From positions 48,111-112,110 of the forward strand of contig CAVPLU010000016.1 of assembly GCA_963706285.1 (NCBI GenBank): DNA of 64,000 nt, read 5' to 3'. The translations under genes were made by a program, and so were the position numbers. The stretch comes from Candidatus Bathyarchaeota archaeon (GTDB lineage Archaea > Thermoproteota > Bathyarchaeia > 40CM-2-53-6). This document shows positions 17,565 through 28,286 of this stretch, piece after piece. A model generated the notes under the pieces. It was given only the letters and a program-made list of their open reading frames with translations. It did no database searches and was not told the DNA's origin. Each line of letters starts with the position of its first letter. Within the stretch, counting starts at the first letter, position 1.

Positions 17565-18494
17565 TTAGTGGGCGTGGAGTCGTTTCTCTTCCAGGTAACT
17601 CTCTACATCGATCGCTGCGCGACAGCCATCTCCGGCAGCGGTGACAGCTTGCCTGTAACGGAAATCTCGTACGTCGCCACATGCAAACACTCCTTCCGCG
17701 CTCGTCGCTGTTCCCTCATTCGCGACAATGTAGCCTTTCTGATCTAACTCGACCTGTCCTTGGAACAATGCGGTGTTTGGCTGGTGGCCTATCGCGACGA
17801 ATACCCCATCACACTTCAGCACTTCCTGTTTGCCAGTCTTTACGTTTCTGATGCGAACGCCCTCGACTTTCTTGTCGCCTAGCACTTCTTCGACCATCGA
17901 ATCCCAGACGAACGAGATCTTCGGGTTCTTGATTGCACGTTCTCGCAGGATCTCGCTGGCTCGAAGTTCGTTGCGTCGGTGTACTATTGTCGCGTGGTTG
18001 ACGAATTTCGTGAGGAAGATCGTGTCCTCCAGGGCGACGTCTCCTCCCCCGACGGTAACCGTGTCTTTGCCTCGGAAGAAGAATCCGTCACACGTGGCAC
18101 AGCTGGATACTCCTTTGCCGCGGAGTCGAGTCTCGGAATCGATTCCCAACCATTTCGCGGAGGCGCCGGTCGCGATGATAACGGCGTTCGACTCGTACGT
18201 CCCGTTAGCCGTTTTGACTTTGAGTGGACGTGCCTTGAAATCGACGGATGTGGCGTCTTCCTGCACGAACTCTGCCCCAAACCGTTCGGCCTGTTTCCTC
18301 ATCCGTTGCATTAGATCCGGGCCGAGAATTGATTCTTCAAAACCTGGAAAGTTCTCCACATCGGTGGTCAACATTAGCTGACCTCCAGGCACGGCGCCAG
18401 CGATGACGAGCGTTTTGAGCAGCGCCCGACCACAGTAGAGTGCAGCGGTGACCCCTGCGGGGCCGGAACCGAGCACAATCACATCATAGATCAC
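17565..18494 (-). CDS. trxB: Thioredoxin-disulfide reductase
   Basis: GSGPAG, CATCDG active site, HRR and FACGD. GTG start at 18494. Confidence 0.95.
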   Translation of the reverse strand: MIYDVIVLGSGPAGVTAALYCGRALLKTLVIAGAVPGGQLMLTTDVENFPGFEESILGPDLMQRMRKQAERFGAEFVQEDATSVDFKARPLKVKTANGTYESNAVIIATGASAKWLGIDSETRLRGKGVSSCATCDGFFFRGKDTVTVGGGDVALEDTIFLTKFVNHATIVHRRNELRASEILRERAIKNPKISFVWDSMVEEVLGDKKVEGVRIRNVKTGKQEVLKCDGVFVAIGHQPNTALFQGQVELDQKGYIVANEGTATSAEGVFACGDVRDFRYRQAVTAAGDGCRAAIDVESYLEEKRLHAH

Positions 18495-18499
18495 TGCTA

Positions 18500-18970
18500 T
18501 CACCGCGGCATCAATGATGTCGTTCCTACGTGTTCTACTTGAGGTTTCGCCGTTTTCAGACGTTCCCATAGACCAGCGGCGGCATTTTGGGCCTCACTTT
18601 GTACTCTCTCCTCCTCCACGGTGAGCACTCTTCGCTCTTTCATGATGACGTTTCCGTCGAGGATTGTCGTTCGGACATCGCGTCCGTTTATCGAGTTGAT
18701 GAGATGACCGACTACGCTATCTCGGTTAAGTGGAGTCGGAAGGATATCCGGCTTGACTACGATCAGATCTGCCTTCTTGCCAAGCTCAATTGAGCCTAGT
18801 TGATCGGAGAGACCGTACAGTTGAGCGCCTCTGATTGTTGCCATCTCGAGGACTGTGTAAGCGTCAATTGCGTTCGGATCTCTGGAGACGATTATCGAGT
18901 GGTCGGAGAGTATTCTATGACTCGGATCCATGGTGACGATTATGCCGTCTTTCACCAAGATCGACGTCAT
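18500..18970 (-). pseudogene. Amidohydrolase (MtaD/deaminase-like) with catalytic core deleted in frame
   Basis: The N-terminal strand ILVKDGIIVTMD is joined directly to the C-terminal part (LEMATIRGA..GSIELGKKADL). No HxH metal motif. Confidence 0.75.
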
Positions 18971-19108
18971 GCCCAGGCTTCCTAGCGAATAGTCTGAGGG
19001 TTCATGCTAATGATTTTAACCTTAACAAGCGTAAACACGCATCTCTAACAGTCGGAGTGCCCCTACTCTCCGTGCTGACCGTGATACAGTAGCAGTTGGT
19101 CGACAATC

Positions 19109-20464
19109 ATGTCTCTTCTGATCAAGAATGGAAACGTCATCCTCGGAGGTAAAACCGTCAAGTCGGATGTATTGGCCGAAGATGGAAAGATCAAGAAAAT
19201 CGCCAAGAAAATCTCTGCGACAGCAGATGAAATTATCGATGCAAAAGGGAAGTTCGTTCTTTCTGGCCTTGTCGACGCTCATGCACACGTAGGCGATCTG
19301 AATTTCTCTGGGCGAGAGGATTTCACGAGCGGAACGCGTGCCGCTGCAGCGGGCGGCGTCACCACAATCATAGATATGGTTCTCAGTGCGCCTGTCGTCA
19401 ACGCAGACGCTGCTAAGGAGAAGATCGATAGAGGCGTTCGGCTGGGAATAGTCGATTTCTCTCTTCACGCAGGCATGATGAATTCATCGAACTTCGCAAA
19501 TATCGAAGCTTTGACTCAGATTGGTATCTACTCTTTCAAAGCTTTCATGTGCACGCCCTACTTCATCGACAAAGTGGCCCTTGAAACTCTGATGAAAACG
19601 ACTGCTGAATTCGGCGCAATCACTAATGTCCACGCGGAGGATGAGGAACTCAGCCAGCAACTCACCGTGACGCTGAAGAGAGCCAATCGTATGGATCCGA
19701 TAGCGCATAATGAATCGAAACCCAACGCCGTCGAAGAGAAAGCCATCAAAGAGGCTATCGGTATCGCGCGGGCGGCTAAAAGTAAGCTTCACATTTCACA
19801 CATGTCCACGAGCGAGGGCGTACGGTTGATCGCGGCCGCGAAACGCGATAACGTGAATGTAACTGCTGAGACCTGCCCACACTACTTGTCACTCACGACA
19901 GCGGATGTGCTGAAACTTGGACCATATCTGAAGATGAGCCCCCCACTAAGGAGAGAAGCCGATGTGCTTGCGCTATGGCGTGGACTAGCTAACGGAACGG
20001 TTGACATGATTACCTCCGAACACGCGCCAGGCGGAGCTGACGAGAAAGAGCTCGGATGGGAGAACATCTGGGAGGCATGGAGCGGAGTACCAAGCATAGA
20101 GACCATGCTGCCGGTCGTGCTGAGTGAAGGCGTCAACAAGAAACGCATCAACATAGAGAAGGCGGCCAAGGTTCTCTCAGAGAATCCAGCCAGACGTTTC
20201 GGACTGTACCCAAGGAAAGGGCGGATCGCCGTTGGAGCAGATGCGGATTTCGTGATCGTCGATCTATCGATGGAGAAGAAAGTGAAAGCTAGCGATCTCC
20301 ACTACAAGGTAGGTTGGACTCCGTACGAGGGATGGATCCTGAAAGGCTGGCCAACAACAACCATCGTTCGAGGACAAGTAGTAGCCAAGGACGGCCAGAT
20401 CTTGGCGAAGGAAGGGCGGGCGCAGTTCGTTCCAATGACGATGCGAAGGCGAGCGAGTAAGTGA
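19109..20464 (+). CDS. Cyclic amidohydrolase (allantoinase/dihydropyrimidinase/dihydroorotase family)
   Basis: DAHAH, AAAAGGVTT, VHAED, ETCPHYL, SEHAP and KGRIAVGADAD. Confidence 0.9.
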   Translation: MSLLIKNGNVILGGKTVKSDVLAEDGKIKKIAKKISATADEIIDAKGKFVLSGLVDAHAHVGDLNFSGREDFTSGTRAAAAGGVTTIIDMVLSAPVVNADAAKEKIDRGVRLGIVDFSLHAGMMNSSNFANIEALTQIGIYSFKAFMCTPYFIDKVALETLMKTTAEFGAITNVHAEDEELSQQLTVTLKRANRMDPIAHNESKPNAVEEKAIKEAIGIARAAKSKLHISHMSTSEGVRLIAAAKRDNVNVTAETCPHYLSLTTADVLKLGPYLKMSPPLRREADVLALWRGLANGTVDMITSEHAPGGADEKELGWENIWEAWSGVPSIETMLPVVLSEGVNKKRINIEKAAKVLSENPARRFGLYPRKGRIAVGADADFVIVDLSMEKKVKASDLHYKVGWTPYEGWILKGWPTTTIVRGQVVAKDGQILAKEGRAQFVPMTMRRRASK

Positions 20465-21072
20465 TATCATTAGTAATCCTCGCAGCCGGCAAATCAACTC
20501 GGATGAAGGAAAACAAACTACTTCTCAAAGTCAACAGCGAGACGCTAATCCAACACGTTGTGAAGACTGCGAAAAAATCAAGCGTAGACGAACTAATCGT
20601 GGTGCTCGGACACGAGGTCGAGAAGATCAAAGAACAGCTTGCGAACCTCGACTGCAGACTAGTGACTAACGAGAACTACACTAAAGGCCAAAGCGAGAGC
20701 GTGAAGGTTGGCTTAGCCGCAGTTTCCAGCAACTCGGAGGCTATGATGATCCTTCCAGCTGATGTCGCCCTCATCGACGCGCAGTCAATCAACAAGGTCG
20801 TAGAGGAGTATATGAGATCCAAGAGCAGAATCGTAATTGCTTCACATCGGCAACAGAGTGGTCATCCGATCCTCATTGACAAAGCGCTGTTTCCCGAAGT
20901 TGCACAGATAGGCGAGGACTCACAGGGGCTCAAGGCTGTGGTCGATCGCCACCGAAGTGAAATCAAGTATGTTGAAGTTGGCACAGAGAACGTACTGATT
21001 GACATCGACACCAGAGAGGAATTCAACAAATACTTCTCTAAAACTACGTCTACATCACTCAATGCGAATTGA
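20461..21072 (+). CDS. Molybdenum cofactor cytidylyltransferase (MocA-like)
   Basis: ILAAGKSTRM..KLLL, GHPILI and DIDTREE. Confidence 0.85.
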   Translation: MISLVILAAGKSTRMKENKLLLKVNSETLIQHVVKTAKKSSVDELIVVLGHEVEKIKEQLANLDCRLVTNENYTKGQSESVKVGLAAVSSNSEAMMILPADVALIDAQSINKVVEEYMRSKSRIVIASHRQQSGHPILIDKALFPEVAQIGEDSQGLKAVVDRHRSEIKYVEVGTENVLIDIDTREEFNKYFSKTTSTSLNAN

Positions 21073-21192
21073 TCTAACAAACCCGTTTCACTGCAATCTG
21101 TCTTGACATTTCGCAGTTGGTTTAAATTCGGCTCGATGACTAGCCATTCATACGTTCAACACCAATCAATCTGTAATCGGTAGGGTTTTTGG

Positions 21193-22017
21193 ATGCGCGA
21201 GGTCCTTCAAGCGATTAGCAGACTTGCAAATGAAGGGAAGACCTTCGCAGTCGCGACTATTATCGGTCATACTGGTTCTGTGCCAAGGCGCGTTGCAAAG
21301 ATGATCATCCAACCCGACGGCACGACAATCGGAACGATCGGTGGCGGATGCGTCGAGACCGAGGTTGCGGCTCAGGCTCTCAAACTTCTGAAGGAAGGAG
21401 AGGCGGGCGTTCACGTCAACAGTTACGACCTGGTCGAGGAAGAATTTGACGGTGTCGGAATGAATTGTGGAGGCAAGATGGACGTGGCGATCGAGGTTAT
21501 TGAGCCATCATCAAAACTTGTGATCATTGGGAGCGGCCATCTAACAGAGGCTCTCAGCCGAATGGCGAAGATGCTTGGCTTCGAGATCGCGGTTTTGGAT
21601 CCGATGGCTAAGAAGGAAAGGTTCCCTGAAGCCGCGCAAGTCGTCGCCGAGTTCGTGGACAAAGGGCTGCCTAAGATCCATGTCGACCAGTCCACATACA
21701 TTGTGATACTCACTAGACACAAGGACGACGTGCCCGCACTCAAAGCGTCGCTCAAAACGAACGCTGCATACGTCGGCATGATAGCGAGCCGAAGGCGAGC
21801 CGCGCTCGTCTTCAAGCAGGTGATGAAGAAAGGCGTGCCGGAGAAGCAATTCGAGAGAGTTTACTCTCCCGTCGGATTGGACATAGGCGCCGACACACCC
21901 GAAGAGATAGCCATCAGCATCCTTAGTGAGATAATCAGGATCAAGAGATTGGGACGGGAACACGAAACCTCCTCGAAGCGTCTCCGATTCCCACCACTCA
22001 AGACAACAAGCAAGTGA
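21193..22017 (+). CDS. XdhC/CoxI family Moco insertion chaperone
   Basis: GSVPR, GTIGGGCVE, CGG and SPVGLDIGADTPEEIAISI. Confidence 0.92.
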   Translation: MREVLQAISRLANEGKTFAVATIIGHTGSVPRRVAKMIIQPDGTTIGTIGGGCVETEVAAQALKLLKEGEAGVHVNSYDLVEEEFDGVGMNCGGKMDVAIEVIEPSSKLVIIGSGHLTEALSRMAKMLGFEIAVLDPMAKKERFPEAAQVVAEFVDKGLPKIHVDQSTYIVILTRHKDDVPALKASLKTNAAYVGMIASRRRAALVFKQVMKKGVPEKQFERVYSPVGLDIGADTPEEIAISILSEIIRIKRLGREHETSSKRLRFPPLKTTSK

Positions 22018-22139
22018 AGGGCACTGCGTCTAGCCGCTGGATAGCTGTACTGAAGGGCGTTGGCTGTTCATTCGAGTAGCATCAAGAAAGTATGGTACGT
22101 ATGTTGAGAAGTTGCTCCTTCTGAAAGAAGGCGCGAGGA

Positions 22140-23060
22140 CTAGTCTCTGAGAATGGGCATTGTCATGCAGCGTGGTCCGCCGTATCCACGAATCAGTTCT
22201 GCTTCCTCGATCTCGATGAGGTCAACTCCGTTTTGAGCGAATTCTCTCTTGACTCTAGCGTTTCCTGCGTATCCAACGACCTTGCGGGGACCGATGACGA
22301 TGACATTCGTTGCGCGTCTTTGTCTTTCGTAATCAGTGACCTTCACCAATCTCATTCCAATTGCTTTCAGAAATTGAAGGAGATTCGTACGCTTGCTCAT
22401 TTTCCCGTTTTTGAAAACGGAGGCAGTCCCTGCAAAACATGGTTGATGGACGACAGCTAGGTCTTGATCGATGACCATCATGGTTCCGTCCAAGTGAATC
22501 ACCCAGGGTGGCAGTCGGATCGCCACCAATCTGTGCAGCCCTGACTTGGTGGCGGCTGCCATCAATTGTCGAAAGCCTGCAAGGTTGCTTCTATTTCCAA
22601 TTCCGAGAAGTAGCGTGTCATCGTCCAGAAAGACCAGGTCTCCACCCTCAATCGTTGAGGGCGTTTCCGGCTTCATCAGCATGGGAACAGCAAGTCGGTG
22701 CAGTGCGGCTTCGATAATCTTGGTTTCGCGTCGTCTTACAGGACTCTTCATCCTGCCAAGCACGTATCCTCTCCGCGTGACAGCTGCGGTATCTCGAACG
22801 TACACCAGATTAGGCAGTCGCTCAATCGCATCGAGGAGACTGCGATCGCGTACTATCTCGGTGACTAGGTGAACTTTCACTCCTTCAGATCGCAGCACAT
22901 CGACGAAACGTTCATGATCTTCTCGGAACTGCTCTGGGTCGACGGCATCTGCGAATAGGCATTTTTCGTATGTCGTCGGGTGAACTAACTGAAGCTCCTT
23001 CCCGGGCGCGTGCATGAGCACGCGGCGTAGTGCGCCGTATTCCCGGAAGCAGAATGCCAC
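22140..23060 (-). CDS. Arginine deiminase/amidinotransferase family protein
   Basis: NLVYVRD, IEGGD, HLD and GGPRCMTMP catalytic motifs. Confidence 0.88.
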   Translation of the reverse strand: MAFCFREYGALRRVLMHAPGKELQLVHPTTYEKCLFADAVDPEQFREDHERFVDVLRSEGVKVHLVTEIVRDRSLLDAIERLPNLVYVRDTAAVTRRGYVLGRMKSPVRRRETKIIEAALHRLAVPMLMKPETPSTIEGGDLVFLDDDTLLLGIGNRSNLAGFRQLMAAATKSGLHRLVAIRLPPWVIHLDGTMMVIDQDLAVVHQPCFAGTASVFKNGKMSKRTNLLQFLKAIGMRLVKVTDYERQRRATNVIVIGPRKVVGYAGNARVKREFAQNGVDLIEIEEAELIRGYGGPRCMTMPILRD

Positions 23061-23160
23061 TCGCCTGACCCTCTCGAACGTCGTAGTCGTGATTATTCAT
23101 TGAAAACCTATAAACCGTGCTCGCATTTTGCTCCTCGATTTCTCATCTGGAGACTCACCC

Positions 23161-23937
23161 ATGGCTAGGGGAAGACGATTCACCGCCTTGTTGACGTTCG
23201 ACATCGACGCCGACAGCTCGGTCCGAGGCCCTTACAGTGGACGCCCACACGAACCCGTGGCGCGTTCCAAAGGGCAGTTCGGTCCAATGGTGGGACTTCC
23301 CAGAATCCTAGATCTACTTGACAAGTATTCGATCAAGTCCACATTTTTCGTGCCTGGCTGGACCGCTGAAAACTATGCCGAAAACGTGAGGGAAGTCATC
23401 AAACGCGGGCATGAGGTGGGAGTTCACGGTTACAGACACGAGAACCTAGCCCAACTCAATTCTCCGGAAAGTGAGGTTAAGATCTTCAGAAGATCAGTCG
23501 ATTGCTTGCAGTCATTGACAGGTCAGCCGCCGCTCGGTTTCAGAGCGCCAGATTGGGAATTTAGCCCATACACGATGGAGAATTTGGCGAGATTCAGTTT
23601 CAAGTATGATAGCAGTCTCATGGGCAGTGAGGAACCCTACGTGATGCCGTCGAATGGGATAGTGGAACTGCCTGTTGCGTGGTCTTGGGACGACTGGGGA
23701 CCATTTGAAGTGCATCGAAGATCTCCCAGCGACGTCTTCAACGGTTGGATGCAAGAGTTCACCGCGCTCTACAAAGCCAAGATGCCATACTTCAATCTCA
23801 CAATGCACCCACAAACAATCGGAAGAATATCGAGAATTGTGATGCTCGAGAATTTCATAAAGGCAATGAGGAAAAGTCCGGGCGTTCGGTTCTCTCGATG
23901 CATAGACCTAGCCAAGGAAATTATCATCAAGACTTGA
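23161..23937 (+). CDS. Polysaccharide deacetylase-fold protein (PuuE/PgdA-like)
   Basis: LTFDIDA, TFFVPG, HGYRH, GFRAP, YDSS and MHP. Confidence 0.88.
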   Translation: MARGRRFTALLTFDIDADSSVRGPYSGRPHEPVARSKGQFGPMVGLPRILDLLDKYSIKSTFFVPGWTAENYAENVREVIKRGHEVGVHGYRHENLAQLNSPESEVKIFRRSVDCLQSLTGQPPLGFRAPDWEFSPYTMENLARFSFKYDSSLMGSEEPYVMPSNGIVELPVAWSWDDWGPFEVHRRSPSDVFNGWMQEFTALYKAKMPYFNLTMHPQTIGRISRIVMLENFIKAMRKSPGVRFSRCIDLAKEIIIKT

Positions 23938-24016
23938 CATCATACACACGAAGAGTATGAACGTGAATCTCTGTCAGCGAGTTGCCGATTCCCTCTAGCA
24001 GGTCCGCATTCGGGTC

Positions 24017-24418
24017 CTATGTCTGAAGTTGAATCTGGTTGTCTACGCTCCAGTGTTCGCCCACCCATATTCCGAAAACCTGAACATTGAGTCCCCAAGA
24101 GGTTATGGTTCTGATTGCGGAATGTATCTGTGCGAGGTGGATCTGCATATCTACCGGATTACCTGCGCAGTCATGATGTCCAACTACTACAATGAACCTC
24201 GAGTTGTGCTTCTCAATAGAGATGTTCACCTTTTCCCTTATGCGTTGAATCGTCTGCAGATCCTTGTTTTCTGCCAATATTGCGTCTACACCGGGTTCTG
24301 TGACCATATCCACATAGTCCACGCCGCAGTGTTTCTTCACCCATTCGATTACAGGAATCTGCGTTCTTCCGTCCATACAATTGATTGCTGTGGCAAACTT
24401 TGCGTTTCCGGATGGCAA
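24017..24418 (-). CDS. Putative beta-class carbonic anhydrase-like protein
   Basis: CMDGR and HHDCAGN zinc-ligand motifs. Confidence 0.75.
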   Translation of the reverse strand: MPSGNAKFATAINCMDGRTQIPVIEWVKKHCGVDYVDMVTEPGVDAILAENKDLQTIQRIREKVNISIEKHNSRFIVVVGHHDCAGNPVDMQIHLAQIHSAIRTITSWGLNVQVFGIWVGEHWSVDNQIQLQT

Positions 24419-24529
24419 TACGCCAATCCTCCTGCGACCAGATCTGTATACTTAACCTCAGTATTGTTTTATGTTGTTGGAACGGAGTGCTTTGTTCCCG
24501 AAAAGCAATGCCGTCTAAGAAAATCTGGA

Positions 24530-25786
24530 TTATTGAGCGAGATCTTGTTTCGGCATTTCCTTTAGGTCAATCACGTGTCCAGACATTATCCAGAGAACTG
24601 CTGCTCCCTGCAGGACTCCGCCAATGACTATGGTACCGATGAGGCCAACGGTAGAACCTAGTGCGCCGCCTATTATCGCGCCGATGGGTAGGGTTCCCCA
24701 ATTTATCGTTCGTACGGTCGCGTTCATGCGACCCTGCAACCGATCAGGAACAATCGTTTGCCTTAGACTCACTTGGTTGATATTGTAGATCGGCAGCATC
24801 ACATCTGCGACAAGGCCAATCGCAGCAAGAATCAGGAACGCATATCCGTATGTCGCAAGCGGCGCAGCCATGTTTATGATCGTAACACCGACCGAAATCG
24901 CAATTGTCCGACCTAGTCCCAGTCGTTTGGTGATATTTGGCGTAGCGATAGTTCCTATGAGGAATCCTACTGCACCGATTGTGCCGAGCAAACCAATGAG
25001 TGCGGGAGAGAACCCCAGAGTGTTAAGCAGGAAAATTACGAAGACTGCGCCGAATATGGCAGAACCGAGATTTGCTGTCGCAGTGCACGCCGTAATCCTC
25101 CAGAGAATCGGGTTATCAAAGACAACATGCATGCCCTCCTTCATCTCAGCGAAGAAATCCGGATGTCCGGTCGGAGAATTGGTGTCCGGTTTTGTTTCTC
25201 GCTTTCTGATAGAGACAAGTGATAATGCAGATACAAAGTAGCCAATCGCATCGACGGCAATAGTGACGGCTCCTCCGACAAGCTCGTAGACAAATCCGGC
25301 TGCGGCTGGTCCCAGTACTTGAGCACCTGAAGCGCTCGTCTGGAGTTTGGAATTCCCTTCTATGAGGTCATCTCGTTCTATCAGAGCCGGCAAGTATGAC
25401 TGGTAGGATATTTCAAAGAAAACAGTGAATATGCCATTGATAGCCGCCACCGCATAGAGCTGATAGAGCGTCAACGCGGAAAAGAAGTATGCTAATGGGA
25501 TTGATGCTAGACTTGCCATGCGGCCGAAATTGCAGATGATCATGATCGGGCGCTTCCTGAGCCGGTCAGCCCAAACCCCAACGAATAGTCCCAGGATGGG
25601 GAAGGAAATCGTTTGAAGGGCCATCAGTAAGCCGATCTCAAAAGCGCCAGCATGCAGAGTGAGAACGGCAAGGATCGGTAAAGCGAGATTAGTGAACTGA
25701 TTGCCGATCTGGCTGACTGTGTCACTGAACCAGAGTCTATTGAAATCACGGTGCGACCAAAGTCGCCCGCTGAGTAAACGCCTCAA
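24530..25786 (-). CDS. MFS transporter
   Basis: About 12 TM helices, GVWADRLRKR motif A and LQGRMNA. Confidence 0.92.
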   Translation of the reverse strand: MRRLLSGRLWSHRDFNRLWFSDTVSQIGNQFTNLALPILAVLTLHAGAFEIGLLMALQTISFPILGLFVGVWADRLRKRPIMIICNFGRMASLASIPLAYFFSALTLYQLYAVAAINGIFTVFFEISYQSYLPALIERDDLIEGNSKLQTSASGAQVLGPAAAGFVYELVGGAVTIAVDAIGYFVSALSLVSIRKRETKPDTNSPTGHPDFFAEMKEGMHVVFDNPILWRITACTATANLGSAIFGAVFVIFLLNTLGFSPALIGLLGTIGAVGFLIGTIATPNITKRLGLGRTIAISVGVTIINMAAPLATYGYAFLILAAIGLVADVMLPIYNINQVSLRQTIVPDRLQGRMNATVRTINWGTLPIGAIIGGALGSTVGLIGTIVIGGVLQGAAVLWIMSGHVIDLKEMPKQDLAQ

Positions 25787-25884
25787 TCAGTCTGCCCTAC
25801 CTGAAGCACTGTGCGCGTATGACCATGAGGAAGTGGGCTTCGTTCGCGGAAGAGCGCTCCAACTAGTCGCGAGCCGCTGGGTCT

Positions 25885-26496
25885 TCATTCCGCTTTTGCT
25901 TGTGCTGGTTCGGCCAGTTTTGGTTTCAGAAGCTCTCTTGCTTGTTTCTGGAGTGTCTGCAACTCCTCGAACTGTTTATCGCTCATGCAGATGTTGCATG
26001 AAATTTCAATTGCGTCTTGCTTGGTAAAGGAATCTAGATCTTCCAGTTGCGAAATCTTCTCTGCTAGATCTGGAATACAGCATTGGTGGACGGAGTTCAT
26101 TCTGGCTGATAGTTTAGCATATTTCGATATCGTTTCCTCGTCTATGGGAATCGTCAAGCCGATTTTGGTTAGGGCTGTGAGAGCCTCTTTTGTTCGGCCT
26201 TCCTGATACTTCTGATCGCTAGTTTCGCCGTACGTGAATTCGAAGATTTCCGCCGCTGCTTGATAGTAAGTCTCGATGAAGTGGTCGATCCTCTCTTCCT
26301 TTGCAACTTCTATGAGCCCTACTTCGAGCATTTTTCGAACGTGGTGGTAGATTGCCTGCGGGGTCATCTCAAGTTCGTCAGCGATTTGACTGACGGATAG
26401 TTCTCGTGCTCTGAGGAGATGGATAATCCGGCGTCTTGTTCGGTCTGCTGCAAGCTCGAACGCTTTGGGGTCTTTGAAGACCTTGAGAGTCCTCAT
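25885..26496 (-). CDS. ArsR-family transcription regulator
   Basis: ADRTRRRIIHLL..LSVSQIADEL..YHHVRKMLEVGLIEV. Confidence 0.88.
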   Translation of the reverse strand: MRTLKVFKDPKAFELAADRTRRRIIHLLRARELSVSQIADELEMTPQAIYHHVRKMLEVGLIEVAKEERIDHFIETYYQAAAEIFEFTYGETSDQKYQEGRTKEALTALTKIGLTIPIDEETISKYAKLSARMNSVHQCCIPDLAEKISQLEDLDSFTKQDAIEISCNICMSDKQFEELQTLQKQARELLKPKLAEPAQAKAE

Positions 26497-27205
26497 GATT
26501 GTGTCATCAGTGTAATGCGCCCTTCATGCTTAATATAGCCATTATGCTAATTGAAAGATAGATTTTAATAAGACAACGCTAACCTATAGTTGTGTGATGC
26601 AAATATGCATTTGAATAAGCCAAGGTTGGAATTGACGAGGTCACGACCAATCTCGGAACCCACCTGCGGCGACCTGCAGACTTCACAAGGGCGACACCCT
26701 CACTTCAGTCATCTCATCCGATTAGGGGACATGGGAGAACGGAGTTCACAGGTCTCGGGGGCGTGTGCTCACGCGGAGATAAGACATGCCCAAAAAGACG
26801 CTCAGCATACCAAAGAGACCGCGCTCAGTAGTGCGATGCAAATCAGACAGCTCGCCAGATAGACAAAGCGCCTCAGCAAGCCGGAGTAGTCCCATCGGAT
26901 ATTGTGGCCTCAACCGGCATCTTTGTGCAATGCGCCAGGTGCTAGGTAATGGGTCGTCCGACAGGACCCGGCGCGTGGGATCGGTGACTGCAATCCACGC
27001 GAATGGTACCATAGTTCTCTGATGACCAAATACTGTTAGATCTTACAGCGCCGTCAGAACCTAGGCGACAAAGAAATTGTCCTTTTTGTAACATCGTGGT
27101 TGTTTGCTTGCCCCCGTGTGGCCAAGAGCATGCGCTTTTACCGATCTTTGTAAGGGGGGAAACTCACATTACAGGCAGCTGCGAACTGGCCTCGATGAGA
27201 AATCG

Positions 27206-28285
27206 ATGCCTAGAGAGGTTGCAGGAAAATTCGAAGTAAGCCTGCTTAGGATCCTGGACGAGCAAGGGAATTGCGATGAGGCACTGAAACCAGCGCTTAC
27301 ACAGGATCAGGTCAAGCAGCTCTACGAACTAATGATCCTGACGAGGGCTTTCGACGATCTAGCATTGAAGCTGCAACGCGAGGGAAGAATCGGAACCTAT
27401 CCCTCGAGCAGAGGACAAGAGGCGACACAGGTTGCCAGCGCGTACGCGCTTGCTGAGTCTGACTGGCTCTTCCCAGCGTTCAGAGAGGCCGGCGCGTATA
27501 TCACACGAGGCTGGCCGCTGGAGATGCAGTATCAGTATTGGGCGGGAGACGAAAGAGGGTGCAGGCTATCTGAGAATAGTCACATCTTCACAATAGCGAT
27601 TCCCGTCGGAACTCAGATTCCTCACGCTGTAGGCTTCGCTTGGGCTGCAAAACTGAAGGGTGACAAAATCGCAGTCCTAGTGTATCTTGGCGACGGCGCT
27701 ACCTCAGAGGGCGACGTTCACGAAGGTATGAATTTTGCCGGAGTATTCAAGGTCCCCGTTGTCATAGTATGTCAGAACAACCAATGGGCAATCTCGGTTC
27801 CGAGAAGCAAACAAACCGCTGCCGAGACATTAGCTCAACGAGCATTCAGTTACGGATTTGAAGGCCTCCAAGTCGACGGAAACGACATCTTCGCCGTCTA
27901 CAAGGCCACTAAGGAAGCACTCGACAAGGCCCGATCCGGAAACGGACCAACTTTCATCGAATGTATGACCTATAGAATGGGCGACCACACCACTTCAGAC
28001 GACGCCCAAAGATACAGGACAAATCAGGAGATGGAAGAATGGGCTAGGCGCGACCCGATCGATAGACTGCGCAAATACTTGACGAAGAACGGCCTATGGA
28101 GCGATGATTACGAAAACAAGGTACAAGCGGAAGTCGCAGAGAAGGTCCGTAAAGCAGTTGACAAATTCGAGTCGGTAACGGCTCCGGAAATTAAGGACCT
28201 ATTCGCGTGGACATATGCGGAATTGCCACCCAATTTGAAGAAGCAGTACGAGGATCTCGCCGGCTCATCAAGGGGAGAGAACTGA
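27206..28285 (+). CDS. pdhA: 2-oxoacid (pyruvate) dehydrogenase E1 alpha
   Basis: GQEA, TPP-binding GDGATSEG..QNNQWAIS and HTTSDD. Confidence 0.93.
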   Translation: MPREVAGKFEVSLLRILDEQGNCDEALKPALTQDQVKQLYELMILTRAFDDLALKLQREGRIGTYPSSRGQEATQVASAYALAESDWLFPAFREAGAYITRGWPLEMQYQYWAGDERGCRLSENSHIFTIAIPVGTQIPHAVGFAWAAKLKGDKIAVLVYLGDGATSEGDVHEGMNFAGVFKVPVVIVCQNNQWAISVPRSKQTAAETLAQRAFSYGFEGLQVDGNDIFAVYKATKEALDKARSGNGPTFIECMTYRMGDHTTSDDAQRYRTNQEMEEWARRDPIDRLRKYLTKNGLWSDDYENKVQAEVAEKVRKAVDKFESVTAPEIKDLFAWTYAELPPNLKKQYEDLAGSSRGEN

Positions 28286-28286
28286 C

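Noticed and set aside
26500-27100. Coding or ncRNA element upstream of pdhA
   Set aside because: No frame gave a recognisable motif and no convincing structure was seen.
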